A stretch of 64,000 nt of DNA from Anthoceros angustus (taxonomy: Eukaryota > Plantae > Anthocerotophyta): assembly GCA_010909165.1 (NCBI GenBank), contig VJWM01000068.1:1240001-1304000 (forward strand). Direction: 5' to 3'. The notes under the pieces are model-generated. The model ran no database searches. It was not told where the DNA came from and saw only the letters and a list, made by a program, of their open reading frames with translations. Shown one piece after another: positions 12,683-23,940 of the stretch (within the stretch, counting starts at the first letter, position 1; every line of letters begins with the position of its first letter). A program made the translations under genes and the position numbers.

Positions 12683-13040
12683 TTCAGGGCTTGGGGCTCA
12701 GGGCTTCAGGGCTTCAGGGCCTGTGGCCTGTGGCAGGAGGCTTGAGGCCTGTGGCCTGTGGCCAGGCTTGAGGTATTCTTGAGTTGAGGCTTGAGGCTCA
12801 GGCAGGCTTGAGCAGGCTTGAGGCTTGAGCAGGCTTGAGGCTTGAGGCGGGGCAGGCAGGCAGGCTTGAGGCCAGGGAGGCTTGAGGCAGGCTTGAGGCA
12901 GGCAGGCTTGAGGCTTGAGGCTTGTGGCTTGAGGCCAGGGCTTGAGGCTTCAGGCTTGAGGCAGAGGCAGGCTTGAGCAGGCAGTGGGCTTGAGGCAGGC
13001 TTGAGGCAGGCTTGAGGGCAGGCTTGAGGCAGGCTTGAGG
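12683..13040. repeat. Low-complexity tandem repeat (AGGCTTG / GGCAGGCTTGA units)
   Basis: Many AGGCTTG-type units directly visible; only about two CAGGGCTT-type units at the paralogous site near 60520. Confidence 0.92.
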
Positions 13041-13219
13041 CACTTCCCTTTAATCTTGCACGCTCTTCCCAAGTTCTCACATGAGAGATGTGTGGGCGCG
13101 TGGAGGAAAAGGTTGAAATGGGGCGGTGTTCGAGAGGTCTTGACACGAGTTTTGGGAGGATTGCGTCATTCAAACCCAGTGAGTTTTGGGAGGATTGCGC
13201 TATTCATCAAGATGGCCGA

Positions 13220-16200
13220 TGTCATCTTAGCGTTGTGTTGAAGCAGGACCCGGTGATGAGAGATTGATACTTGGCATGTTGGCATCCACGATTATAAGCC
13301 ATGTGATTTGGATGCGGATGTGCATGTGATGTGATATATATATGTGCCCATGGATGGTATGCACATGGTATGTATGCATGAGAGATGGTTGAACATATCT
13401 AGATAGATGATGTGTCATGGTACATACATAGGTTAGCAAATCTATATAGAAAATACCTAAAAATCATAAACCAAGGAAAAGGGCGAGTAGGTTGTTAGTG
13501 GCCATATGTATTATTTATCCATAGGCCAAGAAGAAGTAGGATTATAAGTAGACCTGAAGTGCCTACCATTGGTACAAGGAGGCACGTCATCGAGAGTTCT
13601 TGGGGGTTTGGCCTATATATGCGGCCTACCTAGCCATGGATTCTTGGATTGTAGATGTTTGTCTGAAAGGAAAGGCAGCCATACTTCGTCCCTACAGCTT
13701 GTCTTGTTTCTCTCTTGTGACCTTTGGGAACCGCATTGTCAAGTGGGAGCCTCAGGCAACCAACTTGATTTCACCACATCTACAATCCCATCTATTGCTT
13801 GGAGAATTGAGTCGGTTGCATTGGAGGATATAGTGGCGCCGGAGGCCGGAGGAGGCGGAAATCGATCATCTTCCAGGAGAGACTACGATCCAAGGCGGCC
13901 GAGCAGGCTCCACGGATAAGGCGGGACGATGGATAGGAATTCTACCATCGATTTCACGCACTTCGTTGTAGTCCAAATCGACCATTCGAGTTGGCTAGGA
14001 CTCACTGACAGTCCACCGCATATGTGTGGGAGCGTCTCTGGATAGAAAAGCACTGCTCTTTTTTTAGCTAGTTGGGTAGTTGAGCTAGGATTGCCGTTTA
14101 ACAACATTCCTCATGTCAAGCATAGGAATTCGTGATGGTATTTTTGAGTGTTGGACTAACGAGGGACACACCTCCATCCTCATCTGGAAGGGACGGAAGA
14201 TACGGATCACCTTTCAAAAGACCACAGACAACGCCCATCACAAGATCTCGGTTTGAGGCGGGCGAGCCGATTCAAATGGAGCTAGAGAACACCGCAAAAT
14301 GAGTTTTCAGGAAAACATGGGAGTATGTCACTTGCGGATTTTGAAGAGAAGTTCAGGGAATGGCGGAAAACAAGATGAAGTACAAGGACTAGTTCACTTA
14401 GAGGAATGGCCTCATGAAGATGTCGATCTCGTGGTGAGGCGTTGATGTACTACGAGGCGAGAAGAAGGACATCCGTGTTGGCGGAGAAGCGAGCAATAAA
14501 CCTCAGAGGGAGTCACGGTGGCAAGCCACTCCTCCCGTCAAGGAGGCGAGCTAGAGCATTTGGTTGATCTCATGTTTGAAAGATTGAAGGACATGTTTCC
14601 CATATCGTGGAGAAGATTCGAGTTTTGGGTTTAGCTTCAAGTCAATGAGGCCTGAGGCGTCATACATCAAGATCTTGGTGGAGGACACGGATGTGAAGAC
14701 CATGCGGGAGCTGAATTTTCATGGCTGCAATGCCAAATGGAAGGAAGGTAATGGATGCTCTTCATGGTGCTCATGGAGAAAAGTATGGTTTGGTAGCCTA
14801 CAAGATTGCGGAGAAGGTGCTAAAGGGGATCTTTGTCGATCAAGCATACTGAGGATCCAATTTGATCGGAGCAGCACTTCTTATGGCTGGACAAGGAGGA
14901 TCCAGATTCAGCATAAGGGTCGGCGAGAGCGATTTCCCGTGGTCAGCATCACGAGAGGAGGAGGTGAACAAGCCGGTCACTATCAAATATGGCGGTCTGG
15001 TGGTGCACATAAGTCATTTGAATGTGACTTGACTGGAGGCCGAAGCAAGGAGGTTTAAGGCTTGTGGTCGATGGGGCCACATAGAAGTCGCATGTTGGGA
15101 GGCTCATCAGGCTCAAGCCCAAGGCGGGCGGTGAAAGGAGAAGGGCAAAGGCCCTAGTCGCAAGGCTCTTCTTGCATGAGTTGAAGAGATGCGAGCGGAT
15201 GGCTAACATGGCGGCGAGTCGGACCACGCATTCTCTTCTCGACTCGGATGAAGAGGTGTATGGCATGGCGATTCGAAGAAGAAGAAGGTCTTGACCTCGG
15301 AGAAGGGGTTCACTACAAGGACACGTCGAGCGAGGCAGAGCAAAATGCACAAGTTTAGGCAAGTTGATGATGGTACTTGTGCGGTGCTTCTAACCGGAGG
15401 TGGATGTGGAAGCACATTGGAGAAGGCCATGGAAGTTCACATGGTCAATTCTTTGGAGCTTGGACTCAAGAGTTCACATTTCAAGAAGATCATGAGAGAA
15501 TGGATCGGAAAGAGATGGAAGTCGATTCGCTTGATGTACTGCGAGGAGACCATCTAAAGCACGAGCGTCGAGGTAAGGAGGTGTTGCCATGATTGACAAC
15601 AAACCGGAGATTACCTTTGATGGCTTTGCACGGTCAATGTCTTTGGTGGATCTTGGCAGATCCGGTCTTGTTGGGAGCTCGTGCGGCTCTCTCAATGTAT
15701 GGCGCAAGGCTGGTACTAAGCGATGATGAGCATCACTACTTGCGGTACCAAGGAAATGGTGATGGGGATGACCGACCGATCAAGATCGAGTTGAAGCAAG
15801 CCTGAGAGGATGCAACCACAATGGAGTACGTGCTTGGTGACTGTACATATCTTATGATGTGTTGTTGTGGGCAGATGCCACACATGGCCCTGCCATGGGA
15901 GTTGATCCACTATATGAAGAAGCCTTTTATCGACCACTATGGAAGCAAGGGATTTCGCGGTGCGACTATTCCTCTAAACATGAGCAAAAGTGGTAGAAAG
16001 AAGGCGGTGAAGGATGCCCGGCAAGCCACGGCGAGATGGCCCGGAACGAGATGGCTTCGGTGCTCAAATTGAGCACGAGATGTGGGAGGCAGGATTGTCC
16101 TCGGGAGCAAGAAACCAGCGGAAGGAAGTTGAAGATTGCGCTCACGAGCACCTTGAGGAGGCAAGGGTTCGAGAGAATCGGCGGAAGGAGAATCGCCCGT

Positions 16201-19200
16201 GGAATCTCATAACACATGTCACAGAGATCCATGCTCAAGCCGCCAAGGCGGAGGAAGGCAAATGATGGTAGTCGATGGAGAGCAAGCTCGGTATTCACTG
16301 TTAGAATGTGCTCGGGGAATCGGCTGGATTGGGCGGTGCTTCAATGTGGCATCAAGGTTTGCGGCTACACCTATGTGGAAAAGGCGAGAAGGCTAGAGTC
16401 GTGGCAGTAATTCTCGGGTTGTGCAAGCTATTTCCATCTGCTAAGAGAAGGCGTGAGAGGTTGTCGAGGCGAGGCTACCCACGGATCAAGCTTGTGGGAA
16501 AAGCACAAGCTCCGTCGATGGACATGATCATCGAGGATGGGAATGTAACCTTCTCGATGTGGGGAAGAGGAAAAAGGTGTTTCCCTTCACGAGGTCGAGG
16601 TTGTGAGGAGGTTCAACATGAATCCCGGATCTTTGGTATCTTGGAAAAGCGTATGTGGAGCGTTGGACAAGCGTCCATCAGCATGTATGAGGAGGTTCGA
16701 TCATGGTTCGACAATGAGTTGGTTATTGATCTTTGTGTGGCTCTTATGCACAGATTCGCGATTATTGGACCAATGTTGCGGGACTTGAGACGAGGCAAAC
16801 GAACACTCATCGGTTCCACCACGGAAGGCTGATGACGTTCTGGAAGGTGCTCACAAAGTCGAAGATGGACAAACTTTTTATCCGATGAAAAGGAGTTGGT
16901 GAAGCTAGGAGGCATGGCCGACTTTGGTAAGCATACAATCTTATGCATTCGAGAGGAGGAGATGGCATGATCCTAGACTTGAAGGGAGGAGCTAGGAGGC
17001 TCAATGTTGAGGAGCAGACAAGCCATGGGGTTTGCCAAGAAGTCGCAAACCATGGGTGTGAGTGAGGCGTCAGATGATTCTTGGACGGGCATTTGACTGT
17101 CACATTTAAGATGGTTAGTGAGCATTGGATTGGCATTTCACTTGGCGGTGGTGAGGAAAGAACCGTCACTGCATAGCGAAGATGAAAAGCAGGCGAGATG
17201 AAGAGGAAGGAACCCGAGACACGTATGGCTTTGTGGGCAATTTGCAACCAAGTGTCACCAAGGAGGTTCACATACGGAAGATTGATGAGACATCACAGTC
17301 AACTTAAGGATCATGCTCGAGAAGAACATAGGTGCTTTTGCATTCGGGAGTGAGCTTGGTGTGGGTTGGTTTTTGCATCGAAGAGATGCAAGGAGGCCAC
17401 ATTTACCCTCTATCGTTATAGTCTAGGATTCGATCCCAAGGGAATGGTTTTGTGTCAAGATGTTCTAAAACTATGGATTCTAGACTTACCCGTCGATCAC
17501 TACCCCCTTATCCACCATACCCAAACCCACCGTGGAGACTCGGCCGATGGCTGGTTCAAGTGGCGGGTCCCTGCATAGCCCCGCCGCGGGTGACTGTTAT
17601 CCGGCCTGGCCGAGACCTTGGGGTGGACATACACACCACCGCGCCCTCTCTTCTTCCCGTTCGGATCCTTCCGGAGTATGCACGACCTCAGTCTTCGCGC
17701 CTCACTCCACCGCTATTTCCCACCCACCACTCACTCTCCTTAATCATTTCGATTCTCCCACACACACTCACAATCCCTTACAGACTTTCCCTTTTCCCTT
17801 CTAAATAAATCCTCTCTCCTCTCCTCCACGGGCCACAGACCCCTTTGGGCCACAGACCCCTCCTTGGGCCCCAGACCCCTCTTGGGCCACAGACCCCTCT
17901 CATGGAATAAAACACGCTGGTGGCGGTTGGGAAGAGGATCGGGAAGAAAACACGGTCGGTGCTTGGCGATTCGCCTTCCGGCGATCCGCCTCGGCCTTCG
18001 CGGCAATTCCTACCTCTTTTCGTCGCGGCCTTCACTCCAGGCGTGGAGCTTGGCCACTCCGCTCTCGACCATCCGAGGATCTTCCGGCCTTCTTGTGACG
18101 AGGCGGTGCATCGAGCAGTTTGATCTTGATCGGGCGTCTCAACCAACCTCGCGCGCATAGCTTCAACACGGAAGTTCACACGAAATTGCATTAGAGAGAC
18201 TCTCAAGGGTCTCTTATACATTCGTTGTGGATCTCCACTCACTCCTCGATGTCTAGAAAATATGACCCCCTACCGGGCGCTCCTACCAATTCGGTAACTC
18301 TGACTCAGTCCTCAAAACATCCTATCCTACCCAAAAGCTCGGCCTGATGTCGCTCCTCTAAAATCAGCCGGCGTCATGATTCCTGCGGTGGGGTTCCCTC
18401 TCGCTCTCCTTGCGCCCTGATCCAGCGATTCTCCCCAAAACCTCCACCTCGCATCACTGCGGTTTCTTGGCGTCTTCCATGGGCGTCGTGCGTCTATAGG
18501 CCCTATGCCTGTTATTCCGCTCTTCATCGTTGGACAGCCACACCGTGTGCTCCTCCCTCCACAGCCTCCGCGCTCATTTCCTCGATCACCACTTGGGGGG
18601 GGTAGGCCCCCGCTCCCGTTCGGAAGAACCAGTAGCCGTGGCGGTCAAGATGTCGCCAATAGTTTACGCCCCTCTGTCCCAACAACCACATACACATTTA
18701 GAGTGAGCACGCTCACCATGCGCGAAGCAGGACATGAGCATCCTCATCCAGGGCGCACTCGCCGCTCTTAGAGGTTCTTACCCTCTCCTCCGTGGACAAT
18801 CCAGGCGGTGCCGGTCGAGATCGTATCCACTGCGGCCTCACAGCCGGTGACTTCCCCACCTCGGTTCCTTCTTCGACGGTGGCGGTTTAGCCACCGTGGT
18901 GGTTTCCCCGGTGGTGGCTTGACTCTGTTCTTTGTGGCTGCCCTTCTTGGTTTGGCCACCTCTCTCTTGACTCGGCCCTAGCTTCATCTCTCTCGCTTAT
19001 ATCTCCATGACTTCTTGAATTTCTCAGGCGCCATTGTTTCCACACTCTGGCTCATGAGACCTCATCTTGAAGCTCCTCAATTGTAGCGCCTTGACTGATT
19101 CACTAAGGCCTCTGTTGGGTGGACATGGCCCTTAGCGCTCACTGTGCCATAGGGCCGCCTCGCATTCCGTCTGCGCTCCTCACGCCACCTTGTTCTCGCC

Positions 19201-20990
19201 TTCTAGGCTCTCCAACTTCTCCTTGAGCAACTTTTCCTGTGCACTCGGCCGGTGAGAGCCATGGCTGGTCGAGGAGATCCGCTGCGTCGAGCCATGGCGT
19301 CGGGCTGCAGATTCCAATTGGGCTGCCCGTGCCCATTCCCTCCACAACAATTCGCCTTGAGGGTGTCACTGTCTCCACTTGACGGACGGGTCGGTGAAAT
19401 GTCGCCAAAATGTTCGAGCTCCGTCGCGGACTTGGCTATCGAAACTAACCCCTCTTCTTCTAGGGGTTGGTTTGCCACTACTTCCTCATCGCTCCAATCT
19501 CTCCTAGCGGCGACTCCTCCCCTGCACACAGGAGGACAACACTTGTCGTTTCCCTTTTATTTTCTCCTCCTTCACGTTCTGCTGGATTTGGTGACCCTAG
19601 GTGTGGCTGGGTTCCTCTTACTGTGTCCTTCCCTTCTTCCGACCCCGTTCGCCCTCCGCTTCTTGCCCTTGAAACCTCCCCACCTTCATCCGAATCTTCT
19701 AGGGAGGCGCATTCCCAAGCTGAATCCTTCCCGGAATCCTCCTTACCTCCTCCTCCTCTTGGGTTCACGGCGGTTTCCGGCTATGAAGGCGGAACCTGAC
19801 TTCAACTCCGTTAGACACACGGAATCTTGAATACATGAATTAGAAAAAGGTGAAATCAAGGAGGGCCGAGGGAAGGGAGAACAAATTCGCCCTCTCCTCA
19901 GGCTCTTTCAAAGATCATCCGCCCCAATCGATTTGTGTACCTTTAACCACCTCATGAAGAAAGACCGAGTAGTGCCATATGATCCAACTTCCTTACAGGC
20001 CAAAATCCACTTGGCTAATCCCAGTGCTTGAGACACGAGTTGGCGAGTCACCCATCCATTATTCACCTCACTTCTCCGGGCTTCATGCGCGGCGGCTCGG
20101 GGTCTTCTTTCTCGGGGTCAATTACCAAGCTTCCATCCTCGATGCTTCGCCCATACACTTTGCTCGAAGAGCCCCAAATCCAGTTTGCGGCCTCTTCCTC
20201 GCGTCTCCCTCTTGCAACTTGGTTCTCAATTGCGGGCACTCTTGCACCAATCTTTGTACATGTCATTTCTTCTTCTCCATAAATTCCGGACCCAGCTCCA
20301 CGCAGGGCGCTCTCACCTTCCGATGGTCCATGTTGGGCCTTTGCATGAAATTTCGGCACTCGGGCGCCATCTCCCTTTCTCCTTGTTTCCCAAAAGAACG
20401 ACCCACTGCGGTGAGAAAAAGGAACACCACCCTTGCACCTCTCCTCCCCCTGGCGCTCTTGCCTCAGCGCCTCTTTTCCTCCTTCGCCCGCCTTTGGTTT
20501 CCTTCCTCCCGCCACCGTTGCCGGCGGCGCGTCGCCTACCCTGCTGAGCAGAGACTCGGCCCAGGCGCGTTGCATCGCGCCCGGTTCTGCGGCTCGCTCC
20601 GGCGCCTGGCAGGAATTCGCGACCTCGCGGTCTTTGGGTGTGTCTCTCGATTCGCTCCATTGTCGCGGCCGCTCCGCCACTAGGGTTGTAAACTCCCACA
20701 GTGCATGCGTCCCGTTCTTGACCGTGGTGGGCCAGCTACCTCCCGCTTGGCTAGCATGTGGGATGTAGGCACCTAACATATATAGACACTTTCTTATTTC
20801 TAAAATCACCAAAACCCAAGGACTCTATTTCCAACCTACCTATCCGGGGTCGAAAACCTAAGGTCCAAAAAAAAGAAAATTATTACCCCGAGGGCCAAGG
20901 ACCATTCTCGTATAAAAGACCTTACCCAGGCGATTCTCAAAACACTTTGCTATACAAACACTCCCAAAACAAAAAAAATCGTTCATCCCG
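13220..20990 (+). mobile_element. Heavily decayed Ty3/gypsy LTR retrotransposon (Athila/Tat-like) with an antisense 3' ORF
   Basis: Homology to the paralogous host copy ends at TGTCAT (13220). PBS-like TGGCGCC at 13834. Remnant RT (EKGF, DD, LGLK), RNase H (DRPI..LKQA, HMAL.W, ARW) and integrase traces at about 14600-17400. Minus-strand ORF remnant at 19850-20450. No second LTR recognised. Confidence 0.6.
17829..17900. repeat. Four-copy minisatellite of GGGCC(A/C)CAGACCCC
   Basis: Directly visible tandem units of about 17-20 bp. Confidence 0.85.
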
Positions 20991-20996
20991 ACACTT

Positions 20997-21623
20997 CAGA
21001 GAGGGGTTAGTGTACATGTGGTCTTTCACACTTGGTAGGTACGATAAGATCAAGTTCAAGATTGTTGCCACCAGCTCTGAGCCTATCTTCAAGAGAAGGC
21101 ATAGGTTGAGTCCAGCAGAGTGGGAGATTGTGGACAAGCATTGCGGAGGCTGTTTGAGAAGCGGGATTGATTGAAATCGAATTACGGGTATGCTATCGTC
21201 CCGAAGAAGGCGAAAATGGTGAGTGGAGACGAAGAAGAATGTGGGGACTATCGATCGATGGAGCGGTACCCCATGCCTACTCCAGATGAGATCTTTGATG
21301 CAATTGGTAAGGCAAAGTACTTTACCACTTTGGATTTTCGCTCAGGTTTCAACCAGATCGTGATTGAAGAACAGAATAAGTGCAAAACGGCTTTGTGGGG
21401 AAAGGACCAACTCTAGGAATGGGAGACTATGCCCTTTGGGCTGAAGAATGCTTCCATATACTTCCAGAGAATTGCAGATTTGGAACTGCAAGATTTGCCG
21501 TTTGTGCGTTGTTACATTGATGACATCCTGGTTTTCAGCGACACCATCGAGGAACACATGGATCATCTGGAGACTCTCGCAAGGCCCAAATCCGTCGGGG
21601 CTTGAAAGCTCATCCGAAAAAAA
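20997..21623 (+). mobile_element. Ty3/gypsy reverse transcriptase, 5' part (continues at 30693)
   Basis: PIFKRRHRLSPAEWEIV, CGDYR, YPMPTPDEIFDAIGKAKYFTTLDFRSGFNQI, MPFGLKNA, CYIDDILVFS, LKAHPK. Confidence 0.95.
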
Positions 21624-22359
21624 CACCATAATGTTCTTTCCGTCGGAATAATGAGCAGTTCGACGATTCCGCCGGTTCCTCTTTCTTGTCCCTTACCAAT
21701 TCGGCTCTAAAGTAAGCCAGCGAAGCACCGCACTATGCATGCAAGACTCAATAAAGCCTAGTTTACAAGATACATTTTATTTAATGGACCTATAGAAAAT
21801 ACTTTCTTGGTTTTGGCCGCACCATCGGTAAATTTGTAAGAAAACCTAAACATTTATTAAAACGTTAGCGTTCAAGTCATTACCCTAAACCCATAGTAGG
21901 ATGCCTGGCCTCTGGTGGCCTTGCACATAAAACTCATGGTCAAACGGCGTAGCTGATTACTAGGTTTCGGGCATTACATGTGTCTGGTTGGGATCAACAC
22001 GGGATTACGCTACACACATGCCGGATACCTGTCGAGACAGCGGTAATGTTTCTAAGGCGACTATCATCCGGGTCTTGAAAGTGTCTCGCCTTCATTGCCT
22101 CTGCATCATCTTCCTCTATCTATTCCATCAACCCACGTCTGGCCATCTTGTGTCTAGTGTTTGTTGACCCTCATCCAAAAGGTCTCGATGTTCTTTCATT
22201 CTCCACAGCGACAAGAGCTGTCGAGCCTTTCCAATTTCTTTTCACTCCATAAACCTCCTTGGCCCAGGCGAGATATTCCTCGTGGTCATGGGTGAGCTCC
22301 TCTTACGCATCGGCAATACATATCCATGCACTCACAATGAACTCTGCACACCTCTTGTC

Positions 22360-22972
22360 ACCTCAATAGAAATACAATGGCGGCGGACAACAAAGCGACC
22401 ATCAAAGATGTCCCACTCACGAACAAGCATCCACTATCCGATCGCCTTCTTTGGAGAATGTCTTGATGAGCTTCATCATTAACCCCAAAGGCCTTTGGTA
22501 GGGCGCGACAAGTTTGTCGAGTGAATGATATAACAATTTCTTCACCACGATATCGTGGCCAATCACCGATCTTCCATTGTTAAATGTGCATAGCATTCGG
22601 TAACATGACTGCCGTTGCAAGTCACTTGTCTTCCTCAAACCCCATCCCTCACACATACTCAACGATTATCGAACCCACCTTTGTCATTGTTTACGTTTGT
22701 CTTGTCCCGGACAAATAAATGATCCCCTTCCGCACCACTTCATAGCCTCTCTCACCAAATGGGCATCTTCAACACCATGCATGATTATCATCCGATATTG
22801 ATCACATTATTAAATCATGGAAGAGTGCAAAACATTTCCACTTGCCAAATATCAAAGCGTCCGTCCTTGGGCCTTTCTCGAAACCAGGTACATCCATCAC
22901 AAACAAAGAGTACCTTCTCTTCCTCACGTACCTCGCATGTCGAGGATATCTCGTCCATGTACGATGCACTTT
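22360..22972 (-). pseudogene. Beta-class N6-adenine/N4-cytosine DNA methyltransferase catalytic domain, frameshifted
   Basis: Manual minus-strand translation across frameshifts: CIVHGRDILDM..RYSLFVMDVP-GF (motif IV-like, DVP at 22886-22894), then PYQRPLGLMMKLIKTFSKEGDRIVDACS-SGTSLMVALLS-RHCISIE, matching the consensus HPTQKP..L..LI...S.EGD.VLDPF.GSGTT..AA...GR..IGIE. Motif IV precedes motif I. Confidence 0.82.
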
Positions 22973-22974
22973 TT

Positions 22975-23126
22975 GCACTAATCTCGAATTGGGAGTGTTT
23001 GATTAGCATTAATTAATCTTTGCTCATCTCTAAGTAAGTCCATGTGTTAATTAATCTTTATAATTAATTTTGATTGTTAAATTAATATTATTATGTTAAT
23101 TAAGCATTGAATATTAATTACATATT
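22975..23126 (+). mobile_element. Short AT-rich LTR fragment inside the methyltransferase gene
   Basis: GTGTTTGATTAGCATTAATTAATC is the reverse complement of the LTR terminus at about 31339-31387. Confidence 0.6.
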
Positions 23127-23940
23127 GCATGAGAGGAAACCAATAATATCTTTAACAGCCGGCCTTCATAAATACGGAGCATGAGATAGCCATACATTCG
23201 CCAAGAAAGGCGGGCGGCATATCGCATGCGGGTCCCTTGAGGCCGTGCCAGCAGTAGCCCTTGGCGGGCGTCGGATCACGCGCCGCAATCGGGCGTTGTG
23301 AGGAGGAGATGCGGGCATGGGAGCGGGGTCCCAAAGGGTGCGCCACGGGCGGCTCCCAGGTTTCACCCTTCAAACCACATCATTAAATCACTTCAAATTA
23401 TAGCAATTACCTGCCCTCAAGTGGACGTGAATTGAAGGAGTCCATCCTCGTCTTGGATTAGTTGTCTGCTCATCCTCAGCCTTGATATTCACTTAAATAA
23501 TTGTTGAAATTCCCTTAACACCTCGATATCCTTTCTGCATGAGAGGAAACCAATTATTCATTCGCCCTTCGCCGACCAGGAAGATGCCGGCCAGCCTTCG
23601 CTTTGGAATGAGAAAATAGGCATCTCCGCCCTCTGTCCTCATGTCCAGCCCGCATCTGCTTTCTTCTGCTCAAAGACGGCCACCCATGTTTCTTTCCCAT
23701 CATTCCTTGAAGATCTTGTCACTTTGGCGAGACTTTTGTTTCGGCTTCAAGATAAGAGTTACATCTTTGTATTTGATCATCCTAACCTCATCGTTGTGCC
23801 TTAAGTTCCGGTCATTCGTATGCCGTCCAGTCGGTACATGCACTCTCCGCCTTATCTAACTTGCTCAATAAATCAGAAGCTTCACGGCTTCTGTTGCAGT
23901 TTGCTCATCTCTTGTAAAGTCGGTAAGAAGCCTCTATCCA

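Larger units (their letters stand above)
6118..13225. repeat. Segmental duplication, homologous to 55687-60830 (IMP4 fragment, PPR fragment, LecRK)
   Basis: Colinear sequence with copy-specific insertions at 7334-8576, 8928-9163 and 12690-13040 (this copy) and about 60635-60775 (other copy). Confidence 0.95.

Noticed and set aside
12706-13173. LKPA-repeat ORF
   Set aside because: Product of the AGGCTTG repeat; absent from the paralogous copy.
22360-22972. Bacterial contamination or a DIRS-type methylase as the source of the MTase
   Set aside because: It lies between TIRs nested in a plant gypsy RT, is interrupted by an LTR fragment, has beta-class motif order, and no tyrosine recombinase or DIRS RT is visible.
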